Shown here piece by piece: positions 39,074 through 49,211 of a stretch of 64,000 bases of DNA. Every line of letters begins with the position of its first letter. The stretch's first letter is position 1. Origin of the DNA: Candidatus Poribacteria bacterium (GTDB taxonomy: Bacteria; Poribacteria; WGA-4E; PCPOR2b); contig OZ220744.1 in assembly GCA_965116925.1 (NCBI GenBank), positions 2,560,001-2,624,000 on the forward strand, written 5' to 3'. The notes under the pieces were generated by a model. The model did not search any database and was not told the origin of the DNA. It worked only from the letters and a program-made list of their open reading frames with translations. The translations under genes and the position numbers were made by a program.

Positions 39074-40090
39074 ATGCAACGAAGGGGCAAACTCAAATAT
39101 ATGATTTTAGCGAGCGTTGTTGTGTTAGGTCTAGTGCTGCTGATGGTAAACGTTGATGCACAGGCACGGATTGCCTTTGTGTCTACTAGGGATGGGAACG
39201 CTGAAATCTACGTGATGGACGACGATGGGGGTAATCAACAAAGGCTCACCAATAATCGCCATGGTGACGCTTCACCCTCATGGTCTCCAGACGGTAAACG
39301 GATTGCCTTCATTTCCGATAGGGATGGGCACGTTAATATACGCGATTCTCCTAATTATGAAATTTACGTGATGGATGCCGATGGACGAAATCAGCAAAAC
39401 CTCACTAACGATCCCCATAATGATAGGTCTCCCTCGTGGTCCCCCGACGGAAAACGCATCGTATTTTCGTCTGATAGGGATAATAATAGGGATCATAACA
39501 TTGAAATCTACGTGATGGACGCCGATGGAAGCAATCAGGAAAGACTCACTAACAATCTCACAGAGGACCAGTATCCCTCGTGGTCTCCCGACGGTAAACG
39601 GATTGCCTTCAGTGCCCGCAGGGATGGGCACTTTGAAAACGACTTTGGGATCACTTATGAAATTTACGTGATGGACACCGATGGGAAGAACGAACAAAGA
39701 CTCACTGAAAATCGCAATAATGACTGGAATCCCTCATGGTCACCTGATGGTAAACGAATTGCCTTCATGTCTGATAGGAAGGGAGACGTTGTAAACTGGG
39801 ACATCTACGTGATTGACGTCGATGGGGGGAATCCTCAAAACCTCACTGAAAATCGCGTTTATGAATCTTCACCCTCATGGTCTCCCGATGGCAAACGGAT
39901 TGCCTTCATGTCTTACAGGGATGAGAACGCTGAAATTTACGTTATGGACGCCGATGGTGGAAATCAGCAGAACCTCACCAATAATCGCCATGATGACTTT
40001 AGTCCTGCATGGTTGAACTCTCCTTTTGCAGTTACTCCCGCAGGCAAACAGTTTACAATGTGGGGTTGGCTTAAACAGGTTGACCGATAA
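39074..40090 (+). CDS. Secreted PD40/TolB-like beta-propeller, copy 7
   Basis: ATG 39074 after GGAGG; tail WGWLK. Confidence 0.9.
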   Translation: MQRRGKLKYMILASVVVLGLVLLMVNVDAQARIAFVSTRDGNAEIYVMDDDGGNQQRLTNNRHGDASPSWSPDGKRIAFISDRDGHVNIRDSPNYEIYVMDADGRNQQNLTNDPHNDRSPSWSPDGKRIVFSSDRDNNRDHNIEIYVMDADGSNQERLTNNLTEDQYPSWSPDGKRIAFSARRDGHFENDFGITYEIYVMDTDGKNEQRLTENRNNDWNPSWSPDGKRIAFMSDRKGDVVNWDIYVIDVDGGNPQNLTENRVYESSPSWSPDGKRIAFMSYRDENAEIYVMDADGGNQQNLTNNRHDDFSPAWLNSPFAVTPAGKQFTMWGWLKQVDR

Positions 40091-40160
40091 CTGCCATTGT
40101 TAGGAGAACGGTATTTAAGAATAAAAAACCGATTTAAGACCAGAAGAAGAGGAATAGCAG

Positions 40161-41150
40161 ATGCAATGGAGAACCAATCTGACACATTTGATTTTAGCTA
40201 GCGTTGTCGTGCTAGGGCTAACGCTGCTGATGGTAGCCGTTGACGCACAGGCGCAGATTGCCTTCATGTCTCATAGAGGTGGGAACTGGGACATCTACGT
40301 GATGGACGCCGATGGGGGTAATCAGCGAAATCTCACTAACAATCCTGATGATGATCAGTACCCCTCCTGGTCTCCTGACGGCAAACGGCTTGCCTTCGTG
40401 TTTGATAGGAAAGATAGGGATTGGAACCGGCAAATCTACGTGATGGACGCCGATGGTGATAATCAGCGAAACCTTTCTAACAATGACTCTGATGAATGGG
40501 GACCCTCCTGGTCTCCTGACGGCAAACGGCTTGCATTTGCGTCTTATAGAGAGGCGGAGTGGCCAAACTATGACATCTACGTGATGGATACCGATGGTGG
40601 TGATCCGCGTAAACTCACCAAGAATCGCCAGATTGATAAATCCCCCTCCTGGTCTCCTGACGGTAAACGGATTGCCTTCGTGTCTAATAGGGATGGAAAC
40701 TTTGAAATCTACGTGATGGATGCCAATGGGCGTAATCAGCGAAACCTCACCAATGATCGCCATAATGACCTTTCACCTTCATGGTCTCCCGACGGTAAAC
40801 GGATTGCATTCACATCTGATAGGGATTGGCTCCTTGACAAAGACGGTTTTCCCACTTATGAAATCTATGTGATGGATGCCGATGGGAGGAATCAACAAAG
40901 ACTCACTGAAAATGGCGTTTATGACTGGGAACCCTCCTGGTCTCCTGACGGTAAATGGCTTGCCTTCGGGTCTGATAGGAATGGGAACGCTGAAATCTAC
41001 GTGATGGATGCCGATGGGGAGAATCCTCAAAACCTCACCAATAATCGCCATGGTGACTATGGTCCTGCATGGTTTAACTCCCCTTTTTCGGTTGCTCCCG
41101 CAGGCAAAAAGTTTACAATATGGGGACGGCTTAAACAGGTTGAACGCTAA
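40161..41150 (+). CDS. Secreted PD40/TolB-like beta-propeller, copy 8
   Basis: Same architecture; tail WGRLK. Confidence 0.9.
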   Translation: MQWRTNLTHLILASVVVLGLTLLMVAVDAQAQIAFMSHRGGNWDIYVMDADGGNQRNLTNNPDDDQYPSWSPDGKRLAFVFDRKDRDWNRQIYVMDADGDNQRNLSNNDSDEWGPSWSPDGKRLAFASYREAEWPNYDIYVMDTDGGDPRKLTKNRQIDKSPSWSPDGKRIAFVSNRDGNFEIYVMDANGRNQRNLTNDRHNDLSPSWSPDGKRIAFTSDRDWLLDKDGFPTYEIYVMDADGRNQQRLTENGVYDWEPSWSPDGKWLAFGSDRNGNAEIYVMDADGENPQNLTNNRHGDYGPAWFNSPFSVAPAGKKFTIWGRLKQVER

Positions 41151-41215
41151 TTGCCACTGTTGAGAGAACGGTGTTTGGGAAAAAAAACGATTTGACTACA
41201 AAGGAGGAAAGACAG

Positions 41216-42235
41216 ATGCACCGAAAAGACAGGATCGCCCATTTGATTTTAGCCAGCGTTATAGTTTTGGGTCTAATGCCGCTGATGGTATGCGTTGATG
41301 CACAGGCACGGATTGCTTTCATGTCCCATCGGGATGGGAACCCTGAAATCTATGTGATGGAGACCGATGGAGGGAATTTGCGTAGACTCACCAATAATTC
41401 CGATAAGGACTTGTCTCCCTCATGGTCACCGGACGGCAAACGGATTGCCTTCATATCTAATAGGGATGGGCATGTCCACGCTAGACACGGTTGGTCCACT
41501 TATGAAATCTATGTGATGAATGCCGATGGGAGCAATTCTCGAAACGTCACTAACAATCCCTTTAGTGACAGGTCTCCGTCATGGTCTCCTGACGGTCAAC
41601 GTATTGTCTTCACGTCTGCTAGAGATGAGGCTAATCCTCAGAACTCTGAGATCTACGTGATGGATGCCGATGGGAACAACCTTCAAAGGCTCACTGAGAA
41701 TGTCGGTGATGACAGGGATCCGTCGTGGTCTCCCGACGGTCAACGGATTGTCTTCAGTGCCGGTAGGGACGAGCACGTTGAAAACAAGTTTGGCATCACT
41801 GATGAAATCTACGTGATGGATGCCGATGGGGGGAATGAACAAAGACTCACTGAAAATCGGAATAATGACTGGGATCCGTCATGGTCACCGGACGGTCAAC
41901 GGATTGCCTTCGCGTCTGATAGAAAGGGGGACTTGGTAAGTTTTGATATCTACGTGATGGATGCCGATGGTGGGAATCAGCAAAAACTCCTCAATAATCG
42001 AGGTTGGGACAGTTCTCCCTCATGGTCTCCGAATGGTGAACGGATTGCGTTCACGTCTGAGAGGGATGGAAACTATGAAATCTACGTGGTGGATGCCGAT
42101 GGGGGGAATCAGCAAAACCTCACCAATAATCGCCATGGGGATGCCAATCCTGCATGGCTGAACTCTCCTTTTTCGGTTTCTCCCGCGGATAAGATATTCA
42201 CGAGGTGGGGTTGGCTCAAACAGGGTGGTCAATAA
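41216..42235 (+). CDS. Secreted PD40/TolB-like beta-propeller, copy 9
   Basis: ATG 41216 after GGAGG; tail WGWLK. Confidence 0.9.
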   Translation: MHRKDRIAHLILASVIVLGLMPLMVCVDAQARIAFMSHRDGNPEIYVMETDGGNLRRLTNNSDKDLSPSWSPDGKRIAFISNRDGHVHARHGWSTYEIYVMNADGSNSRNVTNNPFSDRSPSWSPDGQRIVFTSARDEANPQNSEIYVMDADGNNLQRLTENVGDDRDPSWSPDGQRIVFSAGRDEHVENKFGITDEIYVMDADGGNEQRLTENRNNDWDPSWSPDGQRIAFASDRKGDLVSFDIYVMDADGGNQQKLLNNRGWDSSPSWSPNGERIAFTSERDGNYEIYVVDADGGNQQNLTNNRHGDANPAWLNSPFSVSPADKIFTRWGWLKQGGQ

Positions 42236-42300
42236 CTGCTATTATTGAGGTAAGGGTGTTTGAGGAAAAAATCGGTTTGAAAATAGAGGAGTAAAGACAG

Positions 42301-43329
42301 ATGCAAGGGAGATACAATCTCGGACATTTGATTTTAGCTAGCGTTGTAGCGTTGGGTCTGACACTGCTGATGGTAGATGTTGACGCACAGGCACGGATTG
42401 CCTTTGTGTCTCATAGGGACGGAAACCCTGAAATCTACGTGATGGATGCTGATGGGGGTAATCCGCGTAGACTCACCAATCATCTCGCTGATGACCATTC
42501 ACCCTCATGGTCTCCTGACGGTAAACGGATTGCCTTCGTGTCTAAAGCTTTTGAGTCTGATAGAGATGGAGAGGTTCACTTTAGAGACGGTAGACCCACC
42601 TCTGAAATCTACGTGATGGGTGTCGATGGGGGCAATCCGCAAAACCTTACTCTGAACCCTGGTAGGGATTTCTCTCCCTCATGGTCCCCCGACGGTAAAC
42701 GTATTGCCTTCTCGTCTAATAGGGAGGGGCACTTTAACTATGAAATCTACGTGATGGGTGCCGATGGGGGCAATCCTCAAAGACTAACTAACGATCCTCA
42801 TGCCGACATCCAGCCCTCATGGTCGCCCGACGGTAGACGGATTGTCTTCAGTGCCCGTAGGGCTGGGCACTTTGAAACCAAGTTTTCGATTACTAACGAA
42901 ATCTATGTGATGGATGCCGATGGAAGTAATCAACAAAGACTCACTGAGAATCATAAGTATGACTGGGCTCCTGTATGGTCACCGGACGGCAAACGAATTG
43001 CCTTCCAGTCTGATAGGAAGGGGGACCTTCAAAATTTTGCAATCTATGTGATGGCTGCGGATGGGGGGAATGAACAAAGACTCACCAATCATCTCGTTTA
43101 TGATGGGTCTCCCTCATGGTCTCCCGACAGCAGACGTATTGCCTTCGTGTCTGATAGGGATGGGAACTATGAAATCTACGTGATGGACGCCGATGGGGGG
43201 AATCAGCGAAACATCACTAAGCATGGCAGTTGGGACCTTTCTCCTGCATGGTATACCCCCGCTCTTGCAGTTGCACCCGCAGGTAAGACACTCACAATGT
43301 GGGGGAGGCTCAAACAGGTTGACCGATAA
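42301..43329 (+). CDS. Secreted PD40/TolB-like beta-propeller, copy 10
   Basis: Same architecture; tail WGRLK. Confidence 0.9.
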   Translation: MQGRYNLGHLILASVVALGLTLLMVDVDAQARIAFVSHRDGNPEIYVMDADGGNPRRLTNHLADDHSPSWSPDGKRIAFVSKAFESDRDGEVHFRDGRPTSEIYVMGVDGGNPQNLTLNPGRDFSPSWSPDGKRIAFSSNREGHFNYEIYVMGADGGNPQRLTNDPHADIQPSWSPDGRRIVFSARRAGHFETKFSITNEIYVMDADGSNQQRLTENHKYDWAPVWSPDGKRIAFQSDRKGDLQNFAIYVMAADGGNEQRLTNHLVYDGSPSWSPDSRRIAFVSDRDGNYEIYVMDADGGNQRNITKHGSWDLSPAWYTPALAVAPAGKTLTMWGRLKQVDR

Positions 43330-43391
43330 CTGCCATTATTGAGAGAATGGTGGTTAAAAAAAACGATTTGAAAACAGAGGAGGCAGGACAG

Positions 43392-44363
43392 GTGCAACGA
43401 AGAACCAATCTTGGACGTATGATTTTATCCATCGTTATGGTTTTAGTGCTGACATCGCTGATGGTGGTCGTTGACACACAGGCACAGATTGCCTTCGTGT
43501 CTAATAGGGATGGAAACTTTGAAATCTACGTGATGAACATCAATGGGAAGAATCAGCGAAGACTTACCAAGAACCGCGTCGGTGACTGGTCACCGTCATG
43601 GTCACCCGATGGTAAACAGATTGCCTTTGAGTCTGAGAGGGATGGGAACCGTGAAATCTATGTGATGGATGCAGCTGGGAAGAATCAGCGCAGACTCACT
43701 GACCATGACCCTAATGACTTGTTAGGATCATGGTCACCTGATGGTGGACACATCGTCTTTTCTTCGCTTGGCGAAATCTATGTGATGGACGCCGATGGTG
43801 GGAATCAACACAGACTCACCCAAAATGACCAGAATGACGCGAAGGACTATGCACCGTCATGGTCACCCGATGGTAATCGGATGGTCTTTTCGTCTGAGAG
43901 GGATGGGCACTTTAGAGAAGACGATGGAAACACGACTACTGAGATCTACGTGATGGACGCGGATGGGAAGAACCCTCAAAGACTCACTGACAATCGCGTT
44001 GATGACTGGTCACCGTCATGGTCACCCGATGGTAATCGGATTGTCTTCCAGTCTAAGAAGGATGGGAACTGGGAAATCTATGTGATGGACGCGGCTGGGA
44101 AGAATCAGCGCAGACTCACCAAGAGCCGCCTTGATGACTGTTGTCCCTCATGGTCTCCTGATGGCAAGCGTATTGCCTTTAATTCCTTTAGGGGTGGGAC
44201 CAGTGACATCTACGTGATGGATGCCGATGGGGATAATCAGCGAAACCTCACTAAACATGACAGTTGGGACCTTTATCCTGCATGGTATACCCCTCCTCTT
44301 GCGGTTGCACCCGCAGGAAAGAAGCTCACAATCTGGGGGTGGCTCAAGCAGGTTGACCGATAG
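43392..44363 (+). CDS. Secreted PD40/TolB-like beta-propeller, copy 11
   Basis: GTG start at the position homologous to the other ATGs; tail WGWLK. Confidence 0.88.
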   Translation: MQRRTNLGRMILSIVMVLVLTSLMVVVDTQAQIAFVSNRDGNFEIYVMNINGKNQRRLTKNRVGDWSPSWSPDGKQIAFESERDGNREIYVMDAAGKNQRRLTDHDPNDLLGSWSPDGGHIVFSSLGEIYVMDADGGNQHRLTQNDQNDAKDYAPSWSPDGNRMVFSSERDGHFREDDGNTTTEIYVMDADGKNPQRLTDNRVDDWSPSWSPDGNRIVFQSKKDGNWEIYVMDAAGKNQRRLTKSRLDDCCPSWSPDGKRIAFNSFRGGTSDIYVMDADGDNQRNLTKHDSWDLYPAWYTPPLAVAPAGKKLTIWGWLKQVDR

Positions 44364-44430
44364 CTTCCATTATTGAGAGAACGGTGTTTAAGGATAAAAA
44401 ACTGATCTGAAAACAGAGGAGGGAAGACAG

Positions 44431-45399
44431 ATGAAACGACGAGACAATCTCGCATATTTCCTTTTGGCTGGCGTGTTAGTCTTGGGTCTGACACCGCTGA
44501 TGGTAGTGGTTGATGCGCAGGCACAAATTGCCTTCACATCGAATAGGGATGGAAACTTTGAAATCTACGTGATGAGCATCAATGGGAAGAATCAGCGAAG
44601 ACTCACCAAAAACCGCGGCGACGACTGGTCACCGTCATGGTCCCCCGATGGCAAGCGCATTGTTTTTAGTTCGGGACAAGATGGGAACCGTGAAATCTAT
44701 GTGATGGATGCCGATGGAGGGAATCAACTAAACCTCACTAACAGTCCCCAGGGTGACTATTCGCCGTCATGGTCACCCGATGGTCAACGCATTGTCTTTT
44801 CTTCCGCCCGTGAAATCTATGTGATGGACGCCGATGGGGGGAATCAACAGCGCCTCACCCAAGATGACCATAAGGGTTATTCACCGTCATGGTCACCCGA
44901 TGGTAAGCGGATCGTCTTCTCGTCTCAGAGGCAGGGACACTTTATAGATGACCTTGGAAACGTCACTAATGAAATCTATGTGATGGACGCCGACGGAGGT
45001 AATGAACAAAGGCTGACTGAAAATCGTGATGAGGACGGGTCACCGTCATGGTCACCCGACGGTCAACGGATTGCCTTCTCGTCTTGGAAGCCTAGGAGCT
45101 GGAACAGCCTTGAAATCTACGTGATGGATACCGATGGGAAGAATAAGCGTAGACTCACCAAGAATAACCATCCTGACGATTCGCCGTCATGGTCCCCTGA
45201 TGGTGAACGTATTGTCTTTGATTCCAGTAGGGATGGGAACACTGAAATCTATATGATGGACGCCGATGGGGGTAAGCAGCGAAGACGCACTCAACATGGT
45301 AGTTATGACGGTGCTCCTGCATGGTTTCGTCCTGCGCTTGCAGTCGCTCCTGTAGGTAGAAAAATCACGATGTGGGGTTGGTTCAAGGTTGACCGATAA
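44431..45399 (+). CDS. Secreted PD40/TolB-like beta-propeller, copy 12
   Basis: Same architecture; tail WGWFKVDR. Confidence 0.9.
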   Translation: MKRRDNLAYFLLAGVLVLGLTPLMVVVDAQAQIAFTSNRDGNFEIYVMSINGKNQRRLTKNRGDDWSPSWSPDGKRIVFSSGQDGNREIYVMDADGGNQLNLTNSPQGDYSPSWSPDGQRIVFSSAREIYVMDADGGNQQRLTQDDHKGYSPSWSPDGKRIVFSSQRQGHFIDDLGNVTNEIYVMDADGGNEQRLTENRDEDGSPSWSPDGQRIAFSSWKPRSWNSLEIYVMDTDGKNKRRLTKNNHPDDSPSWSPDGERIVFDSSRDGNTEIYMMDADGGKQRRRTQHGSYDGAPAWFRPALAVAPVGRKITMWGWFKVDR

Positions 45400-45464
45400 C
45401 TGCCATTATTGAGAGAACGGTATTGAAGGAAAAAACCGATTTGAAAACAGAGGAGGCAGGACAG

Positions 45465-46412
45465 GTGCAACGAAGAACCAATCTTGGACGTATGATTTTA
45501 TCCATCGTTATGGTTTTAGTGCTGACATCGCTGATGGTGGTCGTTGAGGTACAGGCACAGATTGCCTTCGTGTCTAATAGGGATGGAAACTTTGAAATCT
45601 ACGTGATGAACATCAATGGGAAGAATCAGCGAAGACTTACCGATAATCCCGCTGGGGACTATGAACCGTCATGGTCCCCCGATGGTAAACAGATTGCCTT
45701 CGTGTCTACTATGCATGGGATCCATGAAATCTATGTGATGGACGCGGATGGGAAGAATCCTCAGAGACTCACCAAAAACCGCCTTGATGACCAGTCACCC
45801 TCATGGTCTCCTGATGGCAAGCGTATTGCCTTTACTTCCTTTAGAGATGGAACCAGTGACATCTACGTGATGGACGCCGATGGGGAGAATCAACATAGAC
45901 TTACTGACAATCGCGTTGATGACCAGGCACCGTCATGGTCACCCGCTGGTAATCGAATTGTCTTCCAGTCTGAGAGGAACGGAAGGTGGGAAATCTATGT
46001 GATGGACGCGGATGGGAAGAATCCTCAGAGACTCACCAAAAACCGCCTTGATGACCAGTCACCCTCATGGTCTCCTGATGGCAAGCGTATTGCCTTCACT
46101 TCCTTTAGGGGTGGGACCAATGACATCTACGTGATGGACGCCGATGGGGGCAACCAACTAAATCTCACTAACAATCCCAATCATGACCAGTCACCCTCAT
46201 GGTCTCCTGATGGCAAGCGTATTGCCTTTACTTCCTTTAGGGATGGAACCAGTGACATCTACGTGATGGACGCTGATGGGGATAATCAGCGAAATCTCAC
46301 TAAACATGGTGGTCATGACCGTGCTCCTGCATGGTATACCCCTGCGCTTGCAGTTGCACCCGCAGGTAAGACACTCACAACGTGGGGTTGGCTCAAACAG
46401 GTTGACCGATAG
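45465..46412 (+). CDS. Secreted PD40/TolB-like beta-propeller, copy 13
   Basis: GTG start; N-terminus nearly identical to copy 11; tail WGWLK. Confidence 0.88.
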   Translation: MQRRTNLGRMILSIVMVLVLTSLMVVVEVQAQIAFVSNRDGNFEIYVMNINGKNQRRLTDNPAGDYEPSWSPDGKQIAFVSTMHGIHEIYVMDADGKNPQRLTKNRLDDQSPSWSPDGKRIAFTSFRDGTSDIYVMDADGENQHRLTDNRVDDQAPSWSPAGNRIVFQSERNGRWEIYVMDADGKNPQRLTKNRLDDQSPSWSPDGKRIAFTSFRGGTNDIYVMDADGGNQLNLTNNPNHDQSPSWSPDGKRIAFTSFRDGTSDIYVMDADGDNQRNLTKHGGHDRAPAWYTPALAVAPAGKTLTTWGWLKQVDR

Positions 46413-46479
46413 CTTCCATTATTGAGAAAACGGTGTTCAACGACAAAAAACCGATTTGAGAACAGTGGAGGAAAGACAG

Positions 46480-47427
46480 ATGCAGCGGAGAACCAATCTG
46501 ACACCTTTGATTTTAGCTGTCGTTGTAGCGTTGGGTCTGACACCACTGATGGCAGTCGTTGAAGTACAGGCACAGATTGTCTTCGTGTCTAATAGGGATG
46601 GGAACCCTGAAATCTACGTGATGGATACCGATGGTGGTAATCAGCGTAGACTCACTAATAATCCCCAGTATGATGGGTCTCCCTCATGGTCGCCGGACGG
46701 TAAACGCATTGCCTTCACGTCTGAGAGGAATGGGAACCAAGAAATCTACGTGATGGACGCCGATGGAGGGAATCTACGAAAACTCACTAAAAATCCCAAA
46801 CATGACTGGTCTCCCTCATGGTCACCCGACGGCAAACGGATTGCCTTCGTGTCTCTTAGAGGCGGGCTCCCTGAAATCTACGTGATGGACGCCGACGGGG
46901 GTAATGAACAAAGACTTACTCAAAATCTCTCTGATGATCAGTACCCCTCATGGTCTCCTGACGGTAAACAGGTTGCCTTCTCGTCTAATAGGGATGGGAA
47001 CTATGAAATTTACGTGATGGACGCCGATGGGGGAAATCAACAAAGACTTACGAAAAGTATAAAGAATGACCTGTCTCCCTCATGGTCTCCTGACGGCAAA
47101 CGGATTGCCTTCAGTTCCCGTAGGGATGGGAACAGTGACATCTACGTGATGGACGCCGATGGAGGGAATCTACGAAAACTCACTAAAAATCCCGTTGATG
47201 GTCGGTCTCCCTCATGGTCACCCGACGGTGAACGGATTGCCTTCGTGTCTGAGAGGCTTGGGAACAGTGACATCTACGTGATGGACGCTGACGGGGGGAA
47301 TCTACGAAGACTCACCAATAATCGCCATGATGATACTAATTCTGCATGGCTGAACTCTGCGTTTTCGATTTCTCCCGCCGGCAAAAAGTTTATAATGTGG
47401 GGGCGACTCAAGGAGGTCAACCGATAA
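46480..47427 (+). CDS. Secreted PD40/TolB-like beta-propeller, copy 14
   Basis: ATG 46480 after GGAGG; tail WGRLK. Confidence 0.9.
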   Translation: MQRRTNLTPLILAVVVALGLTPLMAVVEVQAQIVFVSNRDGNPEIYVMDTDGGNQRRLTNNPQYDGSPSWSPDGKRIAFTSERNGNQEIYVMDADGGNLRKLTKNPKHDWSPSWSPDGKRIAFVSLRGGLPEIYVMDADGGNEQRLTQNLSDDQYPSWSPDGKQVAFSSNRDGNYEIYVMDADGGNQQRLTKSIKNDLSPSWSPDGKRIAFSSRRDGNSDIYVMDADGGNLRKLTKNPVDGRSPSWSPDGERIAFVSERLGNSDIYVMDADGGNLRRLTNNRHDDTNSAWLNSAFSISPAGKKFIMWGRLKEVNR

Positions 47428-47582
47428 CTGCCACTGTTGAGAGGACAGCGTTTGTTGAGTCAACTGTAGGTCGAGATTCATATCTCGACATCTTCCTGCC
47501 ATGGTCATCCCGATATATCGGGATGACCACGAAAGACTGTCGATTTTGGAAAATCGACCTACAGAAATCTATGTAACCGTCC

Positions 47583-48632
47583 TTAAAGAGGTAGCTCTAC
47601 CCTCCGTCCTTCTTGGCTCGATTTGTAGATGGCGAGGATAATCTCGACCGCTTTGCGCCCCTCACGTCCATCAACGAGATGGGGCGTCCCGTTTTCGATG
47701 GCGTTGATGAAGTTTTGCATCTGTAGACGATGATTCTCATGACTGATGGCGCGAGGATCTGCAGCACCGCCCCCGCCTGACCGCGTCTCTGCGAATTGCT
47801 CACGGATTTCGGCATCTTCGGGCAGATCTGGATCAAACTCCCACCGGATAATGTCTTCATCTTCGAGGGTAACAGTGCCTTTATTGCCGGAGATTTCGAG
47901 TTTCTTTAAGAGACCGGGGTAGACGGTTGTGGTGCCTTCGATCACGCCCAACGCACCATTCTCAAAACGGAGTGCTGCAACGGCGACATCTTCGACCTCT
48001 ATACGTTCGTGGGTCATTGTGTCGGTAAAGGCTTGGACGGCTTTTACGGGGCCCATGAAGTATTGGAGGAGATCAATGGCGTGGATCGACTGGTTCATTA
48101 ACGCGCCGCCGCCGTCGAGTGCCCATGTGCCGCGCCACCCGCCACTGTCGTAATACTCCTGTGTGCGAAACCATTTGATATAGGCATCGCCCAAGGTAAG
48201 TACGCCGAAACGACCGCTCTCGATGGTTTTCTTGACCAGTTGGCTGCCTTCTGTGAACCGCGAGTTGAAGATTGCACATAGACGCACGTCTGACTCGTCG
48301 CACGCTTGGATGATGTCGTCGCAGCGGTCAAGGGTGATTTCGAGCGGTTTTTCGACGATGACATGCTTCCCTGCTCTTGCCGCAGCGACCGCTGGATCTC
48401 GATGTGCGCCGCTTGGCGTGCAGATGGAAACGACATCCAGATCGGGACGTTTTAGCATCTCATTGTAGTCGGGATACGAGTCCACATTGTAGCGATCCGC
48501 CACCCGTCTTGCGTTTTCTTCGTTCCTTGAGCTGACAGCGACCAATTTTCCACCCTCAAGTTCTGCAATCGCCGCTGAGTGAAAATCGGAGATCATGCCG
48601 CAGCCGATAATTCCAAATCCGTAAGTTTTCAT
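47583..48632 (-). CDS. Gfo/Idh/MocA family oxidoreductase
   Basis: IIGCGMIS, CTPSGAH, HVIVEKPL and GGGALMNQSIHAID. Confidence 0.92.
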   Translation of the reverse strand: MKTYGFGIIGCGMISDFHSAAIAELEGGKLVAVSSRNEENARRVADRYNVDSYPDYNEMLKRPDLDVVSICTPSGAHRDPAVAAARAGKHVIVEKPLEITLDRCDDIIQACDESDVRLCAIFNSRFTEGSQLVKKTIESGRFGVLTLGDAYIKWFRTQEYYDSGGWRGTWALDGGGALMNQSIHAIDLLQYFMGPVKAVQAFTDTMTHERIEVEDVAVAALRFENGALGVIEGTTTVYPGLLKKLEISGNKGTVTLEDEDIIRWEFDPDLPEDAEIREQFAETRSGGGGAADPRAISHENHRLQMQNFINAIENGTPHLVDGREGRKAVEIILAIYKSSQEGRRVELPL

Positions 48633-48678
48633 AAGGTAGTAACGCCTCCCTCCGATAATGTTGAATTATGACGACGCC

Positions 48679-48707
48679 ATTATATATCCGCATTAGGTGT
48701 GTGTCAA
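48679..48707 (-). promoter_or_regulatory. Consensus sigma70 promoter
   Basis: TTGACA-17-TATAAT on the minus strand, upstream of the Gfo gene. Confidence 0.75.
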
Positions 48708-49211
48708 GTTCAAAGCTGCCCCATAGGAACGCGCAATGAATTGCGCTACTACAAACGGGGAGGCAACATGCCCCGCCTACGGATTTGATCCATCCCGAAA
48801 TCTGTCAAAACGCGAAAAACTAAATGGTCATACTACATTGTCATATAAATGTAGCGCAAACTGTTAGTTTGCGGGTTTGGCTCACAATCTAAATGAAGAT
48901 TAAAAAAATAATTCGGTAATTTGCTAGCGACACCGGCGCGGTTGAAAACCGCGCCTACCGTGTGTTTGGAGGCAAATCGGGATTACCGATTTAAATACTT
49001 AAACTTCATACAGATTGTGGTACAAAAGCCTCCTTTAGATACTTCCCCCACAAACCGACTTGGCTATGGCTATCCAAGCCAAGCGATGAGTGCCTTATCA
49101 TGATTTATTTGACGGAGCACTACCTTCCTCATTTTTTGATAGTATTCCCCATCCGATTTGTGATAAAATTCTTTTCGCATATTTGATATAACAGATTGTT
49201 GGAGAATATAC

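Larger units (their letters stand above)
35829..46479 (+). repeat. Conserved ~62-70-bp intergenic spacer between every array gene
   Basis: Consensus (TAA)CTGCCAyTrTTGAGAGAACGGTGTTTAAGGATAAAAAACCGATTTGAAAACAGAGGAGGAAAGACAG(ATG). Eleven copies here plus one at 31220-31286; a 3' half before 34857 and a 5' half after 47427. Confidence 0.9.

Noticed and set aside
31287..46500. Tat (twin-arginine) signal peptides
   Set aside because: RR is absent in several copies (QR, RG, WR, RK, GR) and the xFLK consensus is missing; Sec-type AQA signals fit better.
30260..47427. Array as a diversity-generating retroelement or an integron
   Set aside because: There is no reverse transcriptase or tyrosine integrase in the window, no non-coding template repeat with adenine-specific differences that I could see, and the spacers lack clear attC RYYYAAC/GTTRRRY ends.
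30260..47427. Naming the array genes tolB
   Set aside because: They lack the TolB N-terminal domain and tol-pal context; only the PD40 propeller is shared.
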